From an uncultured Chloroflexia bacterium (GTDB lineage Bacteria > Chloroflexota > Limnocylindria > Limnocylindrales > CSP1-4), in assembly GCA_963768675.1 (NCBI GenBank), contig CAVYIV010000015.1, positions 156,345 through 220,344 on the forward strand: 64,000 nucleotides of DNA, read 5' to 3'. This document shows, one piece after another, positions 53,938-64,000 of this stretch. Each line of letters begins with the position of its first letter. Positions within the stretch are counted from its first letter, which is position 1. The notes under the pieces were generated by a model. The model was given only the letters and a program-made list of their open reading frames with translations, was not told the origin of the DNA and did no database searches. The position numbers and the translations under genes are program-made.

Positions 53938-54962
53938 TCAGAGGCGAGCGTGCAGGCGGGCCGCCTGCTCGCGGGCTTTGGCGCGGACCTCGTCCGCGTC
54001 GACGCGGGTGGGCTTCCCGTCGGCGAAGACCACCTCCCCGTCGATCACGATCTGCCGCGGCATGATCCCCGGGGTGAAGGCGATGTGCCAGGGGTCCATG
54101 GGGTCGTACGACCAAGTCGACCTCGTCGGTCCGCGCCTCGGGGACCAGGTTCCAGCCGTTCTCCAGCCACGACCAGGCCGTGTCCGGGCCGCATGTGACG
54201 TCCACCGAGCGCTGCATGACGTAGGCCAGCCGGAACATCCTCCAGGACGTTGCCGCCAATACCGTCCGTGCCGAGCGTGACCGGGTTGGAGAAGCGGGCC
54301 GGGTTGGCGTAGCCGACCGCATTGTTCAGGTTGGACCGCGGGTTGTGGAGGATCGTGCCGGCCAGCTCGTGATCGGTGGGCAGGTGGACGCAGTGGCTCA
54401 GCAGCCAGTCGTCCCGGGTGAGGCCGGCAAGGCGACGCGGCGCATCGATGTCGCCGATCCCCTCGCACACGTGGATGTGGACGCCGACTCCCAGGTCGCG
54501 CGCCAGGCCGGCCGCCGCGTGCAGGGATTCGTCGGAGCAGGTGAAGGCGGCGTGGATCCCGACGAGGCCGCGGCCCCCGGCCCTGAGGAAGCGCTCGTTC
54601 TCGGCGAGACCGCGCCGCGCGCCGTCCGGCCCGTGGCGATCGGTGATCCCGTAGGCGAGCAGCGACCGAACGCCGACCTCGGCACACGCCTCGGCGATCA
54701 CGTCGAGGCTACCCTCGATCGCCTCGGGCGACTCGTGGTGGTCGACGATCGCGGTGGTGCCGTTCTCGAGCGCCTCGAGGGCGCCGAGCATGGCTGACCA
54801 GCGGATCATCTCGAGGTCGAGCGCCGTGTCGAGGCGCCACCAGACCTGCTCGAGGATCTCCTGGAAGTTCGTGGCCACCTTCGGCGGCGCCGGCATCCCG
54901 CGGGCGAGCGCCGAGTACAGGTGGTGGTGCGCACAGACGAGGCCCGGCGTCACGGCCGACAT
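53938..54962 (-). pseudogene. ssnA: SsnA-like amidohydrolase (chlorohydrolase family) with two frameshifts near 54120-54260
   Basis: ATG with a GGGAGGA RBS, 2 nt after the upstream stop. VCAHHHLYSAL...HIHVCEG...GTDGIGGNVLED lies in the ORF 54045..57293 frame. The middle lies in the ORF 53114..54322 frame. The C-terminal HIAFTPGIMPRQIVIDGEVVFADGKP lies in the ORF 53938..54687 frame. Confidence 0.6.
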
Positions 54963-54964
54963 GG

Positions 54965-57654
54965 TCAGATTCCTCCCTGCGTCGCGACGGTCGCCCCGGC
55001 GTCCGTCGCGGCATCCCCGTTGGCAGTTCCATGGACGGCTCGCGGTGGTCGGGCAAGCCGCGGCACCGCAGCCCGCGCGGCCGCCGAATCCCGCATCGGC
55101 AGCGCCGTCCGGCGCACGCCGTCGAACGCGTAGAGCGCGCCGGCGACCGCCGCGGGCGTCGGCACGAGGACGGCCTCGCCGGCGCCCTTCGCGCCGTACG
55201 GTCCCTCGGGCTGGGCCTCCTCCACGATGATCACGTCCACCGGGGGCATCGACGCGGCCGGGATGATCCCCTGCGACTTGAGGGTGTCGCTGACGGGGAC
55301 GCCGCCCTCGGTAATGAACGCCTCCGTGAGCGCCAGGCCCAGGCCCATGTGGACGCCTCCCTCGACCTGGCCCTCGAGGAGGGTCGGGTTCATGGCCCGG
55401 CCGACGTCCTGGGCAGCGATCACCCGCGCCAGGCGACCCTCGTCGTCGAGGATCACGACCTGGGTCGCCCAGCCGTAGCCGAGGTGGGTCACCGGCTCGG
55501 CGTCGCCCTCCATCGTCCTGGTCGTCCAGTTGACGATGAACTCCCCGGCGAACTCGCGGCCGGCAAGGTCGCGGGTGGAGGCGCCGGGCCCCAGCGCGTC
55601 GAGGGCCGCCCGCAGCTTGCGCGCGGCATCGAGCACCGCCTGCCCCCCGAGCGTCGTCGCCCGGGACGCGGTCGTCTGGCCGGTGTCGAGCTCGCGTTCC
55701 GTGTCGACGAGGACGTGGACGCTGGCGGGGTCGATGCCCAGCTCCTGCGCCACGATCTGGGAGAAGACGGTGTGGACGCCCTGGCCCATCTCGGTCCACG
55801 AGTGCCACAGGGTGAGGGTCCCGTCGGCCTCGGCCCGCAGGATCGCCCGGCCGCCCTCGGGGATCCCGTTGCCCACCCCGACATTCTTCGCGCCGCAGCC
55901 GATCCCGGCGTAGCGCGCACCGCGGTACGCGTCGCGCACGGCGAGGAGCGTCTTCTCGAGGCCGACGCCCGGCCCGAGGAGCTGGCCGGTCCCGAAGCGG
56001 TCGCCGACCCGGAGGGCGTTGCGCCAGCGGATCTCCCAGCCGTCGATGCCGACGCGCTCGGCCAGCCGGTCGAGGAGCCCGTCGATCGCGAAGGTCACCT
56101 GGGGCACGCCGAAGCCGCGAAAGGCGCCCGCCGGCGGGTTGTTCGTGTAGACCGTGTACGCCTCGACGTCCACGTTCGGGACCCGGTAGGCCCCGCAGGC
56201 ATGCCCGGCGGCGCGCTCCAGGACCGCGATCCCCGACGCTCGCGTAGGCGCCCGTGTCGCCCACGATCCGGGCCCGGACGCCGACCAAACGTCCCTCGGC
56301 GTCGCAGCCGAGCTCGTAGTCCATGGTCAGCGCGTGGCGCTTGGGATGCAGGCGCAGGCTCTCCGCCCGCGTGATCGTCAGGAGGACCGGGCGGCCGGTG
56401 ACCCGGGCGAGGAGCGCGGTCTGCCCCTGGACCGCGAGGTCCTCCTTGCCGCCGAACCCGCCGCCGGCGGCCACCTGGGTGACCCGCACGCCCGTCTCGG
56501 GAAGGGCGAGCACGTCGGCGATCTGGCGCCGGTCCTCCCAGACGCCCTGCCCCTGGGAGAAGACCTGCAGCTCGGGCGCGCCGTCCCCCGTTCCGGGCAC
56601 CGCCAGGCAGGATTCCGGCTCGAGGAAGGCGTGCTCGATCGGGCTCGTCGTGAAGCGGTCGCGCACGACGTGGGCCGCGGCCGCCAGGGCAGCCGCCGCG
56701 TCGCCCCGCCGGACCACGGAGGTGTCAAGCAGATTGCCCGACGGATGGATGGCCGGGGCACCGGGCTCGAGCGCCGCGAACGGGTCGGTGACCGGCGCCA
56801 GAACCTCATACTCGACATCGATCAGGGCGGCCGCCGCGCGGGCCTGGCGGCGCGTCCGGGCCGCCACCGCGGCAAGCACGTCGCCGACGTAGCGGGTGGT
56901 CTCGCCTTCGGCGACGAAGACGGGCCAGTCGCGCGAGATCAGCCCGACGCTCCGCTCGCCGGGGACGTCGGCCGCGGTCACGATCGACACGACCCCGGGA
57001 GCCGTAACCGCACGGGACGTGTCGATGCGGCGGACGACCGCCCGGGGGTGGTCCGAGAAGCGAAGCGCGCCGTGCACCATCCTCGGTGCGGACATGTCGT
57101 TCACGAAAGGCCGGTCGCCGAGGGCGAGCTCGCGGGCGTCCCAGCGGACGGTGCGCGACCCGACCCCGCCGCCCCGCTCGACCTTCGGACCTGGCTCGCC
57201 GCGGCGAGCGGCGGCGACCATCTCGATCGCGTCGATGATCTTCACGTAGCCCGTGCAGCGGCACAGGTTCCCGGCGAGCGACCGCGCGACCACTTCTCGG
57301 GTGGGCGCGGCCTCGCGCTCGAGCAGCGACGTGGGCCTTCATGACGATCCCCGGCGAGCAGTAGCCGCACTGGGCCGCACCGGCGACGGCGAACGAATCC
57401 GCCCACACCGCCCGGACTTCCGTCGACAGCCCCTCGAGTGTCGTCACTTGCCTGTCGGCCACGCGGGACGCGGGCTGGGCGCACGAGACGACGGCGCGCC
57501 CATCGACGATGACGGTGCAGGCGCCACAGGACCCCTCCGGTGCGCAGCCGTCCTTCATCGAGCGCAGCCCGAAGCGTTCGCGCAGGACCTCGAGGAGGCT
57601 CTCGCCGGGTTCGACGTCGACGGAGACGAGGGCGCCGTTCAGCGCGAATTTCAC
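54965..57654 (-). pseudogene. xdhD: XdhD-like fused [2Fe-2S]-molybdopterin XDH-family enzyme with two frameshifts (~57300 and ~56200)
   Basis: GTG with a GGGGGAG RBS. The N-terminal FeS piece VKFALNGALVSVDVEPGESLL...DGCAPEGSCGACTV...AQCGYCSPG lies in the ORF 56806..57795 frame. NLCRCTGY followed by the Mo domain lies in the ORF 54045..57293 frame. The C-terminal GAFRGFGVPQ...PYGAKGAGE lies in the ORF 54965..56173 frame. Confidence 0.6.
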
Positions 57655-57890
57655 CGCTTCGTCTCCCCCTGCACGGCCGGCGCGCCGATCCCGATCGAGG
57701 CGCCGGTGCGCGGAAACGGCATGCCCACATCCACCCTTGTGCTGCGCGTGGACCCCCGACGCGGGCGCCTCGCCCGGACGCCCATTCTGCATCATGGGGT
57801 GGATTTGGGATAGTGCGGCGCGGGGGGCCGTCCCGGGCCCGGCGGCTCGGGACGCGGAGCGAACGCGACGCCGACGCGCCCCGGTTCTGC

Positions 57891-59240
57891 TCAGAACGCC
57901 TCGAGGTAGCGGTCAAGCTCCCACTGGGTGACCTGCGTCCGGTAGGCATCCCACTCGGCCTGCTTGGCCTCGAGGTAGTGCTCCAGGACGTGCTCGCCGA
58001 GCGCCTCGCAGATGATCGGGTCCGACCGCAGCTCCTCCATCGCCTCGCCGAGCGTCCCAGGGAGCTCCTTGATGCCGCGCTCGGAGACCCGGGCGGCGTC
58101 CATCTCGAACAGCGATTCCTCGACCGGGTCGGACAGCGACAGGCCCTTCTCCACGCCGTCCAGACCGGCCGCGATCATCACGGCGAAGGCGAGGTAGGTG
58201 TTGGACGACGGGTCGGGGCAGCGGAGCTCGGCGCGGGTTCCCTCGATCGTCTTGCCCGGCGAGATCATCGGAACCCGGATGAGCGCGGAGCGGTTCGTCC
58301 GGCCCCAGGTGATGTACGTCGGGGCCTCGTAGCCCGGCACGAGGCGCTTGTAGGAGTTCACCGTCGGGGCGAGGATCGCGATCATCGAGCGGGCGTGGGC
58401 CAGGATGCCGGCCATGTACGAACGCGCCAGGTCCGACAGCCCGTACCTGTTGGCGGGATCCGCGAACGCGTTCCGCTGCTCCGCGATCGAGTACAGGCTC
58501 TGGTGGGTGTGCATGCCGGAGCCATTGATCCCGAAGATCGGCTTGGGCATGAACGTGGCGTAGAGGCCGTGCTGCTGGGCGATCGCCTTGAGGGCGAACT
58601 TGAAGGTGACCGCGTTGTCCGCGGTCCGCAGAGCGTCGGAGTACTCGAAGTCGATCTCGTGCTGGCCGGCCGCCACCTCGTGGTGAGCGGCCTCGACCTT
58701 GATCCCGAAGGCCTCCAGGGCGTCCACCATGTCCTGGCGGACCTCCTGCGCCAGGTCGGTCGAGAAGTCGAAGTAGCCGGCGAGGTCGTGCGGAAGTGGC
58801 GCCACCTTCCCGTTCGCATCGCGATTGAAGAGGAAGAACTCCAGCTCCGGCCCCATGTTGACCAAGTAGCCGAGCTTCCTCGCCCGCTCCACCTGGCGGC
58901 GCAGCACGAAGCGGGGATCGCCCACGAATGGCTCGCCCCGTGGCGTGAAGACGTCGCAGATGATCCGGGCGGTCCCGCGGGGACCGCTCGCCGGCTGCCA
59001 GGGGATCTCGGCGAACGTGGTCATGTCGGGCATGAGGTACTGGTCAGACTCGGCGATCCGGGTGAACCCCTCGACCGACGAGCCGTCGAACCAGGTCCCG
59101 TGCTGCACCGAGCCCGCGAGCTGGCTGATCGGGATGGTCACCGCCTTCACGATGCCCAGGACGTCCGTGAACTGGAGCTGGATGAACCGGATCCCGTCGG
59201 CTTTCGCCTTCTCGATCACGGCGAGTGTGCCGTCGGCCAC
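57891..59240 (-). CDS. glnA: glutamine synthetase, type I (GSI-alpha, no adenylylation loop)
   Basis: GTG start with a GAGGAGGA RBS. WFDGSSVEGF, NGSGMHTHQS and SYKRLVPGYEAP are present. The 650-aa N-terminal extension of the 1119-aa track ORF is rejected. Confidence 0.85.
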   Translation of the reverse strand: MADGTLAVIEKAKADGIRFIQLQFTDVLGIVKAVTIPISQLAGSVQHGTWFDGSSVEGFTRIAESDQYLMPDMTTFAEIPWQPASGPRGTARIICDVFTPRGEPFVGDPRFVLRRQVERARKLGYLVNMGPELEFFLFNRDANGKVAPLPHDLAGYFDFSTDLAQEVRQDMVDALEAFGIKVEAAHHEVAAGQHEIDFEYSDALRTADNAVTFKFALKAIAQQHGLYATFMPKPIFGINGSGMHTHQSLYSIAEQRNAFADPANRYGLSDLARSYMAGILAHARSMIAILAPTVNSYKRLVPGYEAPTYITWGRTNRSALIRVPMISPGKTIEGTRAELRCPDPSSNTYLAFAVMIAAGLDGVEKGLSLSDPVEESLFEMDAARVSERGIKELPGTLGEAMEELRSDPIICEALGEHVLEHYLEAKQAEWDAYRTQVTQWELDRYLEAF

Positions 59241-59335
59241 GTCGTCCTCCTCGGGCAGGAGCGCGCGTCGGTCGCCCCCGCCCCTGCGAGCCGGCCGCGG
59301 ATCCCGAGCTTCCCCGGGAACCGGACCGGCGCGCC

Positions 59336-61480
59336 TCAATACTGGAACAGCAGCTCCCGGTACTTGGGGAGCGGCCACAGCTCGTCGGAGACGACGGTCT
59401 CCAGCTCGTCGACCACCTCGCGGAGGGCGTTCTGGGCCGGGATGACCTGGTCCACGAATGCCCTCGCTTCCGCCTGGACCGATCCCGCCTCGTGCGCCGC
59501 GTGCTGGGCATGCTCGAGCGCGTGGATGGCGTCCACGAGGCGGTCGGCCAGGCCGGCGACATGCCCGCCCATGGCCGCGATCCCCTTCGAGGAGGATCCT
59601 CCCGCGAGCTGGCCCAGGTAGGCTGCGGTGGCGGGCAGGATCATCGTCCGCGCGATGTCCAGGGCGCAGCTCGCCTCGATGTTCTGGACCTTGACGTAGC
59701 GCTCCCAGTGGATGTCCACCCGGGCGGCCAGCTCGCGCTCCGAGAGGACCCCGAACTTCGCGAAGACGTCCTTCGCCTTCTGCGTGGTCAGGGCCGGCAG
59801 CGCGTCGACGGTGGTGCGGTTGTTCGGCAGGCCGCGGCGAGCCGCTTCGGCGTGCCACTCCGGCGCGTAGTTGTTGCCCTCGAAGAGGACCTGCTTGTTG
59901 GCCCGAACGATGCCGGACAGGATCGTGGTCAGCCCCTCGAAGTCGCCGTGCTCGAGCTTCTCGAGCTCGTCGGCGAGCTGGTGGAGCGAGTCGGCCACGG
60001 CCGTGTTGAGGACCGTCTGGGGCCAGTAGATCGGCGCCGACGAGCCCACCGCCCGGAACTCGAACTTGTTGCCGGTGAAGGCGAAAGGCGAGGTCCGGTT
60101 GCGGTCTGTGGCGTCCTTGGGCAGGACCGGCAGCGACGTGACGCCCAGCTCGAGCGATCCGCCCTTCTTGGATGCGGACGCGGCGCCCCGCTCCAGCTGC
60201 TCGATGACATCCTCCAGCTGGGAGCCGAGGAAGACCGACATGATGGCCGGCGGGGCCTCGTTGGCCCCGAGACGGTGGTCCTGGCCGGCGTCGGCGATGC
60301 TCGCCCGAAGGATGTCGGCGTGCGTGTTGACCGCCCGGATCACGGCCACCAGAAAGGCCAGGAACTGCGCGTTCGCGTGCGGATCGTGGCCCGGGTCGAG
60401 CAGGTTCTCCCCGGCGTTCGTGCCCATCGACCAGTTGTTGTGCTTGCCCGAGCCGTTGATCCCGGCGAACGGCTTCTCGTGGGCGAGGAACATCAGGCCG
60501 TGCCGCGGCGCGAGGCGCCGCATCGTGCTGAGCACGATCATGTTGTGGTCGGAGCCCACCGAGGTCGGCTCGTACACCGGGGCCATCTCGAACTGGCCCG
60601 GCGCCACCTCGTTGTGGCGGGTCTTCGCGGGGATCCCGAGGCGCCACAGCTCGCGGTCGAGGTCCATCATGAAGGCCAGGATCCGCTCGCGGATGGGGCC
60701 GAAGTACTGGTCCTCGAGCTCCTGGCCCTTCGGCGACGGCGCACCGAAGAGGGTGCGCCCGGTCAGCACGAGGTCGGGGCGCTGCTCGGCGAGGCGCCGG
60801 TCGACGAGGAAGTACTCCTGCTCGGGCCCGATGTTGGTGAAGACCCGGTTGGCCGTCGTGTTGTCGAACCAGCGCAGGACGCGGAGGGCCTGCGTCCCGA
60901 GGGCCTCCTGCGAGCGGAGCATCGGGATCTTGTGGTCCAGCGCCTCGCCCGTGAACGAGACGAACGCGGTCGGGATGGTCAGGGTCACGCCGTTGGGCTC
61001 GACCTGCAGGAAGATCGGGCTGGTGACGTCCCAGGCCGTGTAGCCGCGTGCCTCGAAGGTGGCCCGGATTCCGCCCGACGGGAACGAGCTCGCGTCCGGC
61101 TCGCCCTGCAGCAGGTTCCGGCCCGAGAACTCGGCGATGGTCTGACCTTCGCCGGTCGGGCTCAGGAAGGAATCGTGCTTCTCGGCCGTCGTGCCGGTCA
61201 TCGGCACGAACCAGTGGGTGTAGTGGGTCGCGCCGTGGGCGAGCGCCCATTCCTTGACGCCATGGGCGACCGCGTCGGCGATGACCGGGTCGAACGGCTC
61301 GAGGCCCTGGATCGTCCGCTGGAGCCGCTCGAAGATCGGCTTGGCCAGGAACTGCCGCTGGGCGGCCCGGTGGAACACGTACTGGCCGTAGATCTCCTCG
61401 CCGGCGTGTTCCAGGTAGTCCTGGTTTGAGGCAACCCGGTGGTTGGCGATCGCCTCGATGGCCTTCTGACGAGCGGTCAT
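59336..61480 (-). CDS. glnN: glutamine synthetase, type III
   Basis: 714 aa from MTARQKAIEAI. NGSGKHNNWS is present, and the length and blocks are typical of GSIII. Confidence 0.85.
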   Translation of the reverse strand: MTARQKAIEAIANHRVASNQDYLEHAGEEIYGQYVFHRAAQRQFLAKPIFERLQRTIQGLEPFDPVIADAVAHGVKEWALAHGATHYTHWFVPMTGTTAEKHDSFLSPTGEGQTIAEFSGRNLLQGEPDASSFPSGGIRATFEARGYTAWDVTSPIFLQVEPNGVTLTIPTAFVSFTGEALDHKIPMLRSQEALGTQALRVLRWFDNTTANRVFTNIGPEQEYFLVDRRLAEQRPDLVLTGRTLFGAPSPKGQELEDQYFGPIRERILAFMMDLDRELWRLGIPAKTRHNEVAPGQFEMAPVYEPTSVGSDHNMIVLSTMRRLAPRHGLMFLAHEKPFAGINGSGKHNNWSMGTNAGENLLDPGHDPHANAQFLAFLVAVIRAVNTHADILRASIADAGQDHRLGANEAPPAIMSVFLGSQLEDVIEQLERGAASASKKGGSLELGVTSLPVLPKDATDRNRTSPFAFTGNKFEFRAVGSSAPIYWPQTVLNTAVADSLHQLADELEKLEHGDFEGLTTILSGIVRANKQVLFEGNNYAPEWHAEAARRGLPNNRTTVDALPALTTQKAKDVFAKFGVLSERELAARVDIHWERYVKVQNIEASCALDIARTMILPATAAYLGQLAGGSSSKGIAAMGGHVAGLADRLVDAIHALEHAQHAAHEAGSVQAEARAFVDQVIPAQNALREVVDELETVVSDELWPLPKYRELLFQY

Positions 61481-61696
61481 GTGACTCCTATCGCGACGTG
61501 CATGGGGGCGCTGCCCCGATCCTGCGTCGGGCACCCTGCCGTGCCCGGCTGCTCCTGGCCGACAGGACGAAGGGGACGCAGCCTGGGTCGGCACAGAAGG
61601 TAGTCGACCCCGGGGGTCAGTCCAAGACCCCCGGCCGGGTGGACTCCGAAATGACGCGCAAATGCAACTCGGCCGGCGTCCTCCCTCCACGCTCGA

Positions 61697-63166
61697 TCAA
61701 GGGTTCGACCCGCTCCCCGGCCGGCGCCGCGCCACGAGGTCCGAGAGAAGCGCCCCGAACTCGCGACGCAGGTCCACGTAGCGGTCTGCATGGGCGGCTA
61801 GGCGAACCTCGCCGGCCGCCGAGATGCGGGCCCAAACGCGTCGCCGTGGGAAGTAGAAGGTGATCGCCAGGCCGAGCACGAGGAGTACGAAGCTGATCCA
61901 CACCAGGGCCGCACCCGGATCGCGTCGCACGATGATGCCCGAGTAGGCGGAGATCGCGTCGACCGTCACGTCGAAGTCCACGTTCTCCGGCGCCGCGGAG
62001 TCACCCGGCCCGGCCAGCCCCTGGAAGAGCGTCTGGTAGGCAGTCGGGTTGCCGGCCGCGTCGAGCGCGGTCGGCTGCACGGCGACCACGAAGAGGGGCG
62101 TCGCGGTCCCCGGGTGCGCGAGGACGAGCTGGATGACCGCGTCGCGGCCCGGGACCACCAGCTGCCCGGTCGGCAGCCCGGAGGCGGTCGCGTCGAGCGG
62201 TACGGGTCCCGACCAAAGGAGTCCCCCGCTTCGCTCCCGGATCGTCAGGTCGATGGCCGGCCCGAAGAAGTTCTGGTGGAACGTGTAGCCAGCCGCGCTG
62301 AGCGGGTCGTTGACCCGGATCGTCTTGCGGGCGATCTCGTGCCCCCCCTGGTAGACGGCAAGGTCGGTCGCGAAGTCGGTGAAGCGGCCGCTGCTGTCCT
62401 GCGGGGCCCGGAAGGATAGGTTCTTGACGCTGATCAGATCCGCCGTGCCGACGCTCTCGACGGGGATCGCCTGGCCCACCGGGAGCAGGAGCCCCGCCTC
62501 GAAGCCGAAACGGCTCGTGACGGCTGCCGCGACCAGGAACCCGACCAGGCCTGCATGGCTGATCAGGGTCGCCATCTTGACGTACTGGTGACGGTCGCCG
62601 TAGAGGTAGCGCGTCCCGTCGGACCCCTCGGCCTCCCGGACGCGAAACCGGGCGCGCCGAAGCGCCGCCCGCACGTCGTCGGTCTCCAGGCCGGTCGCGA
62701 TCACGGCACGATCCGGAAGCGACGGCTCGTAGAAGGCATCCGGCTGGAGGACCCGGACATGCCTCGACTGGCGCCAGAGGCGCGGCATGCGGTCCAAGGT
62801 GCAGACCACGATCGAGACGGCGAGCAGCGCCAGCAGGAGCGTGAACCACCACGCGCTGAAGACCCGGAAGAGCTGGAGGCGCTCGAGAAACGCGACCGCC
62901 CCGGGCCCGAGCGACGGCTCGAGGCGCTCCCGGATGATGTCCATCTGGGCGGTGTAGTCGGCGGCGCTCTGGAAGGCGGCCGAGGGGAGCTGCGGCAGGA
63001 TGATCCCGGCTACCCCCGCCAGGGCGATCGTGATGATCTGGAGCACGGCGAACGGGACGGACGTCAGGAGGCCATGGATGCCGCGCCCGGCCCGCGCCAA
63101 AGGGTTCGCCGGGCGGCCGGCGAGGGTCGCCCGGACAGGGTCCGGCAGGGCCCGCGAGGCTGCCAC
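61697..63166 (-). CDS. resB: cytochrome c biogenesis protein ResB/Ccs1
   Basis: The N-terminal TM is followed by LLLALLAVSIVVCTLDRMPRLWR. A large periplasmic domain and a C-terminal TM follow. Confidence 0.8.
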   Translation of the reverse strand: MAASRALPDPVRATLAGRPANPLARAGRGIHGLLTSVPFAVLQIITIALAGVAGIILPQLPSAAFQSAADYTAQMDIIRERLEPSLGPGAVAFLERLQLFRVFSAWWFTLLLALLAVSIVVCTLDRMPRLWRQSRHVRVLQPDAFYEPSLPDRAVIATGLETDDVRAALRRARFRVREAEGSDGTRYLYGDRHQYVKMATLISHAGLVGFLVAAAVTSRFGFEAGLLLPVGQAIPVESVGTADLISVKNLSFRAPQDSSGRFTDFATDLAVYQGGHEIARKTIRVNDPLSAAGYTFHQNFFGPAIDLTIRERSGGLLWSGPVPLDATASGLPTGQLVVPGRDAVIQLVLAHPGTATPLFVVAVQPTALDAAGNPTAYQTLFQGLAGPGDSAAPENVDFDVTVDAISAYSGIIVRRDPGAALVWISFVLLVLGLAITFYFPRRRVWARISAAGEVRLAAHADRYVDLRREFGALLSDLVARRRPGSGSNP

Positions 63167-63169
63167 CGG

Positions 63170-64000
63170 TCAGGCGGTCGCGCGGGTCGCGGGGCCGGCG
63201 CGGGTCGCGGCCTCGAGGGCGCCCTCGAAGTCGGAGCACAGGTCCGCCGCGTCCTCTAGCCCCACCGAGACGCGGAGGAGCCCAGGGGCGATCCCGGCCT
63301 CGACGAGCTGGTCGGGGCTCAGCTGCCGGTGGGTCGTCGAGGGAGGGTGCACCACGATCGAATGGATGCTGCCGAGCGACGCCGTCCGCTCCGGGATCCG
63401 CAGCGCGTCGATGAAGGCACGCCCGGCCAGCGCCCCACCCGTCAGCTCGACGGCGAGCATCCCGCCGCCCCCGGACAGCTGCCGCGAGGCGAGCGCGTGC
63501 TGCGGGTGCGACGGGAGCGCCGGGTACCAGACCCGGGTCGCTCCCGGCTTCGACTCCAGGAGCGTCGCGAGCAGGGCCGCGGTCGCGCCATGGCGCTCCA
63601 TCCGGATCGCGAGCGTCGGCAGGCCGCGCAGGACGAGGAAGGCGCTGAAGGGTGCCAGCGTGCCACCGGTGTCCACGTGGAGCGCCCGGACAGTATCGAC
63701 CAGGGACCGCCGGCCCGCGACCACGCCCGCGAGCACGTCGGAGTGGCCCGCGATGTACTTCGTGGCGGACTCCACCACGAGGTCCGCCCCGTGGGCGAGC
63801 GGCCGGCACAGGTACGGCGAGGCGAACGTGTTGTCGACGACGACCGTCGCCCCGTGTCGGTGGGCGAGGTCGGCCAGCGCCGTGAGGTCCGGCACCACGA
63901 GGGTCGGGTTGGAGATGGTCTCGAGGTACAGGACCCGGGCCCGTGCTCCGGCAAGGGCCGTCTCCACAGCGTCGAGGTCCGTGACGTCCACGAAGGCGGT
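63170..64000 (-). CDS. Cys/Met-metabolism PLP-dependent enzyme (cystathionine gamma-synthase / gamma-lyase family), C-terminal part; the 5' end lies outside the window
   Basis: VVESATKYIAGHSDVLAGVV contains the PLP-lysine motif. Confidence 0.75.
   Translation of the reverse strand, partial: TAFVDVTDLDAVETALAGARARVLYLETISNPTLVVPDLTALADLAHRHGATVVVDNTFASPYLCRPLAHGADLVVESATKYIAGHSDVLAGVVAGRRSLVDTVRALHVDTGGTLAPFSAFLVLRGLPTLAIRMERHGATAALLATLLESKPGATRVWYPALPSHPQHALASRQLSGGGGMLAVELTGGALAGRAFIDALRIPERTASLGSIHSIVVHPPSTTHRQLSPDQLVEAGIAPGLLRVSVGLEDAADLCSDFEGALEAATRAGPATRATA

Noticed and set aside
57540-61429. Long plus-strand ORFs (693 aa and 734 aa), and the 650-aa N-terminal extension of the 1119-aa ORF, overlapping the glutamine synthetase genes
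   Set aside because: GS homology begins only at the GTG with a GAGGAGGA RBS (59240). The upstream 650 aa are Arg/Pro/Gly low complexity and overlap glnN in another frame.

Overview
This is a high-GC (~70%) bacterial chromosomal segment with an actinobacterial or Chloroflexi-like codon signature; high GC and GGAGG-type ribosome-binding sites support this. It has about 70 protein genes, one tRNA-Pro(CGG), and no rRNA or CRISPR array.

Intact housekeeping genes sit at both ends:
- Left end: fumC, pgm and dps.
- Right end: type I and type III glutamine synthetases, resB, and a partial Cys/Met-metabolism PLP enzyme.

The centre has four notable parts.

1. An arsenic island: arsM-arsN2 converges on a MerR-type regulator that is fused to a low-molecular-weight-phosphatase (LMW-PTP) type arsC. 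The regulator has a MerR-type promoter with a 19-bp spacer and a leaderless start.

2. A complete selenium-dependent molybdenum hydroxylase gene set, all on the minus strand and with overlapping start and stop codons. The order is selD-yqeC-yqeB-xdhC-[2Fe2S-Mo fusion]-[FAD subunit]. Two further xanthine-dehydrogenase-family enzymes are present: one Mo subunit with a FeS-FAD fusion, and one XdhD-like FeS-Mo fusion. With these are ygfK, ssnA, and an AMMECR1/radical-SAM/Memo (AmmeMemoRadiSam) triad. The arrangement parallels the E. coli ygf/xdh region.

3. Three toxin-antitoxin pairs: two vapBC pairs and one mazEF pair. There is also a KaiC homolog next to a MerR-receiver hybrid regulator and a divergent OmpR-type response regulator.

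4. A cluster of small general-stress-type proteins next to tRNA-Pro and a recombinase remnant. The cluster includes CsbD, GlsB/YmgE, YggT-like and glycine-zipper proteins, an acidic tandem-repeat protein and a 26-residue peptide. It is punctuated by five copies of an unreported-looking double palindrome, GTCATGAC-N5-GTCATGAC.

Between about 6.5 and 30 kb, and again at 54-57 kb, an unusual number of recognisable genes are broken by single-base frameshifts or in-frame TAA codons. Affected genes include selD, yqeC, yqeB, arsC, vapC (both copies), a PPOX gene, an aldolase, hbd and ssnA. Genes larger than 3 kb elsewhere in the window are intact. The 2Fe-2S domain of the first Mo enzyme has lost all eight cysteine ligands while the rest of the domain remains conserved. 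Whether the lesions are real gene decay or local sequencing error cannot be decided from the sequence alone.
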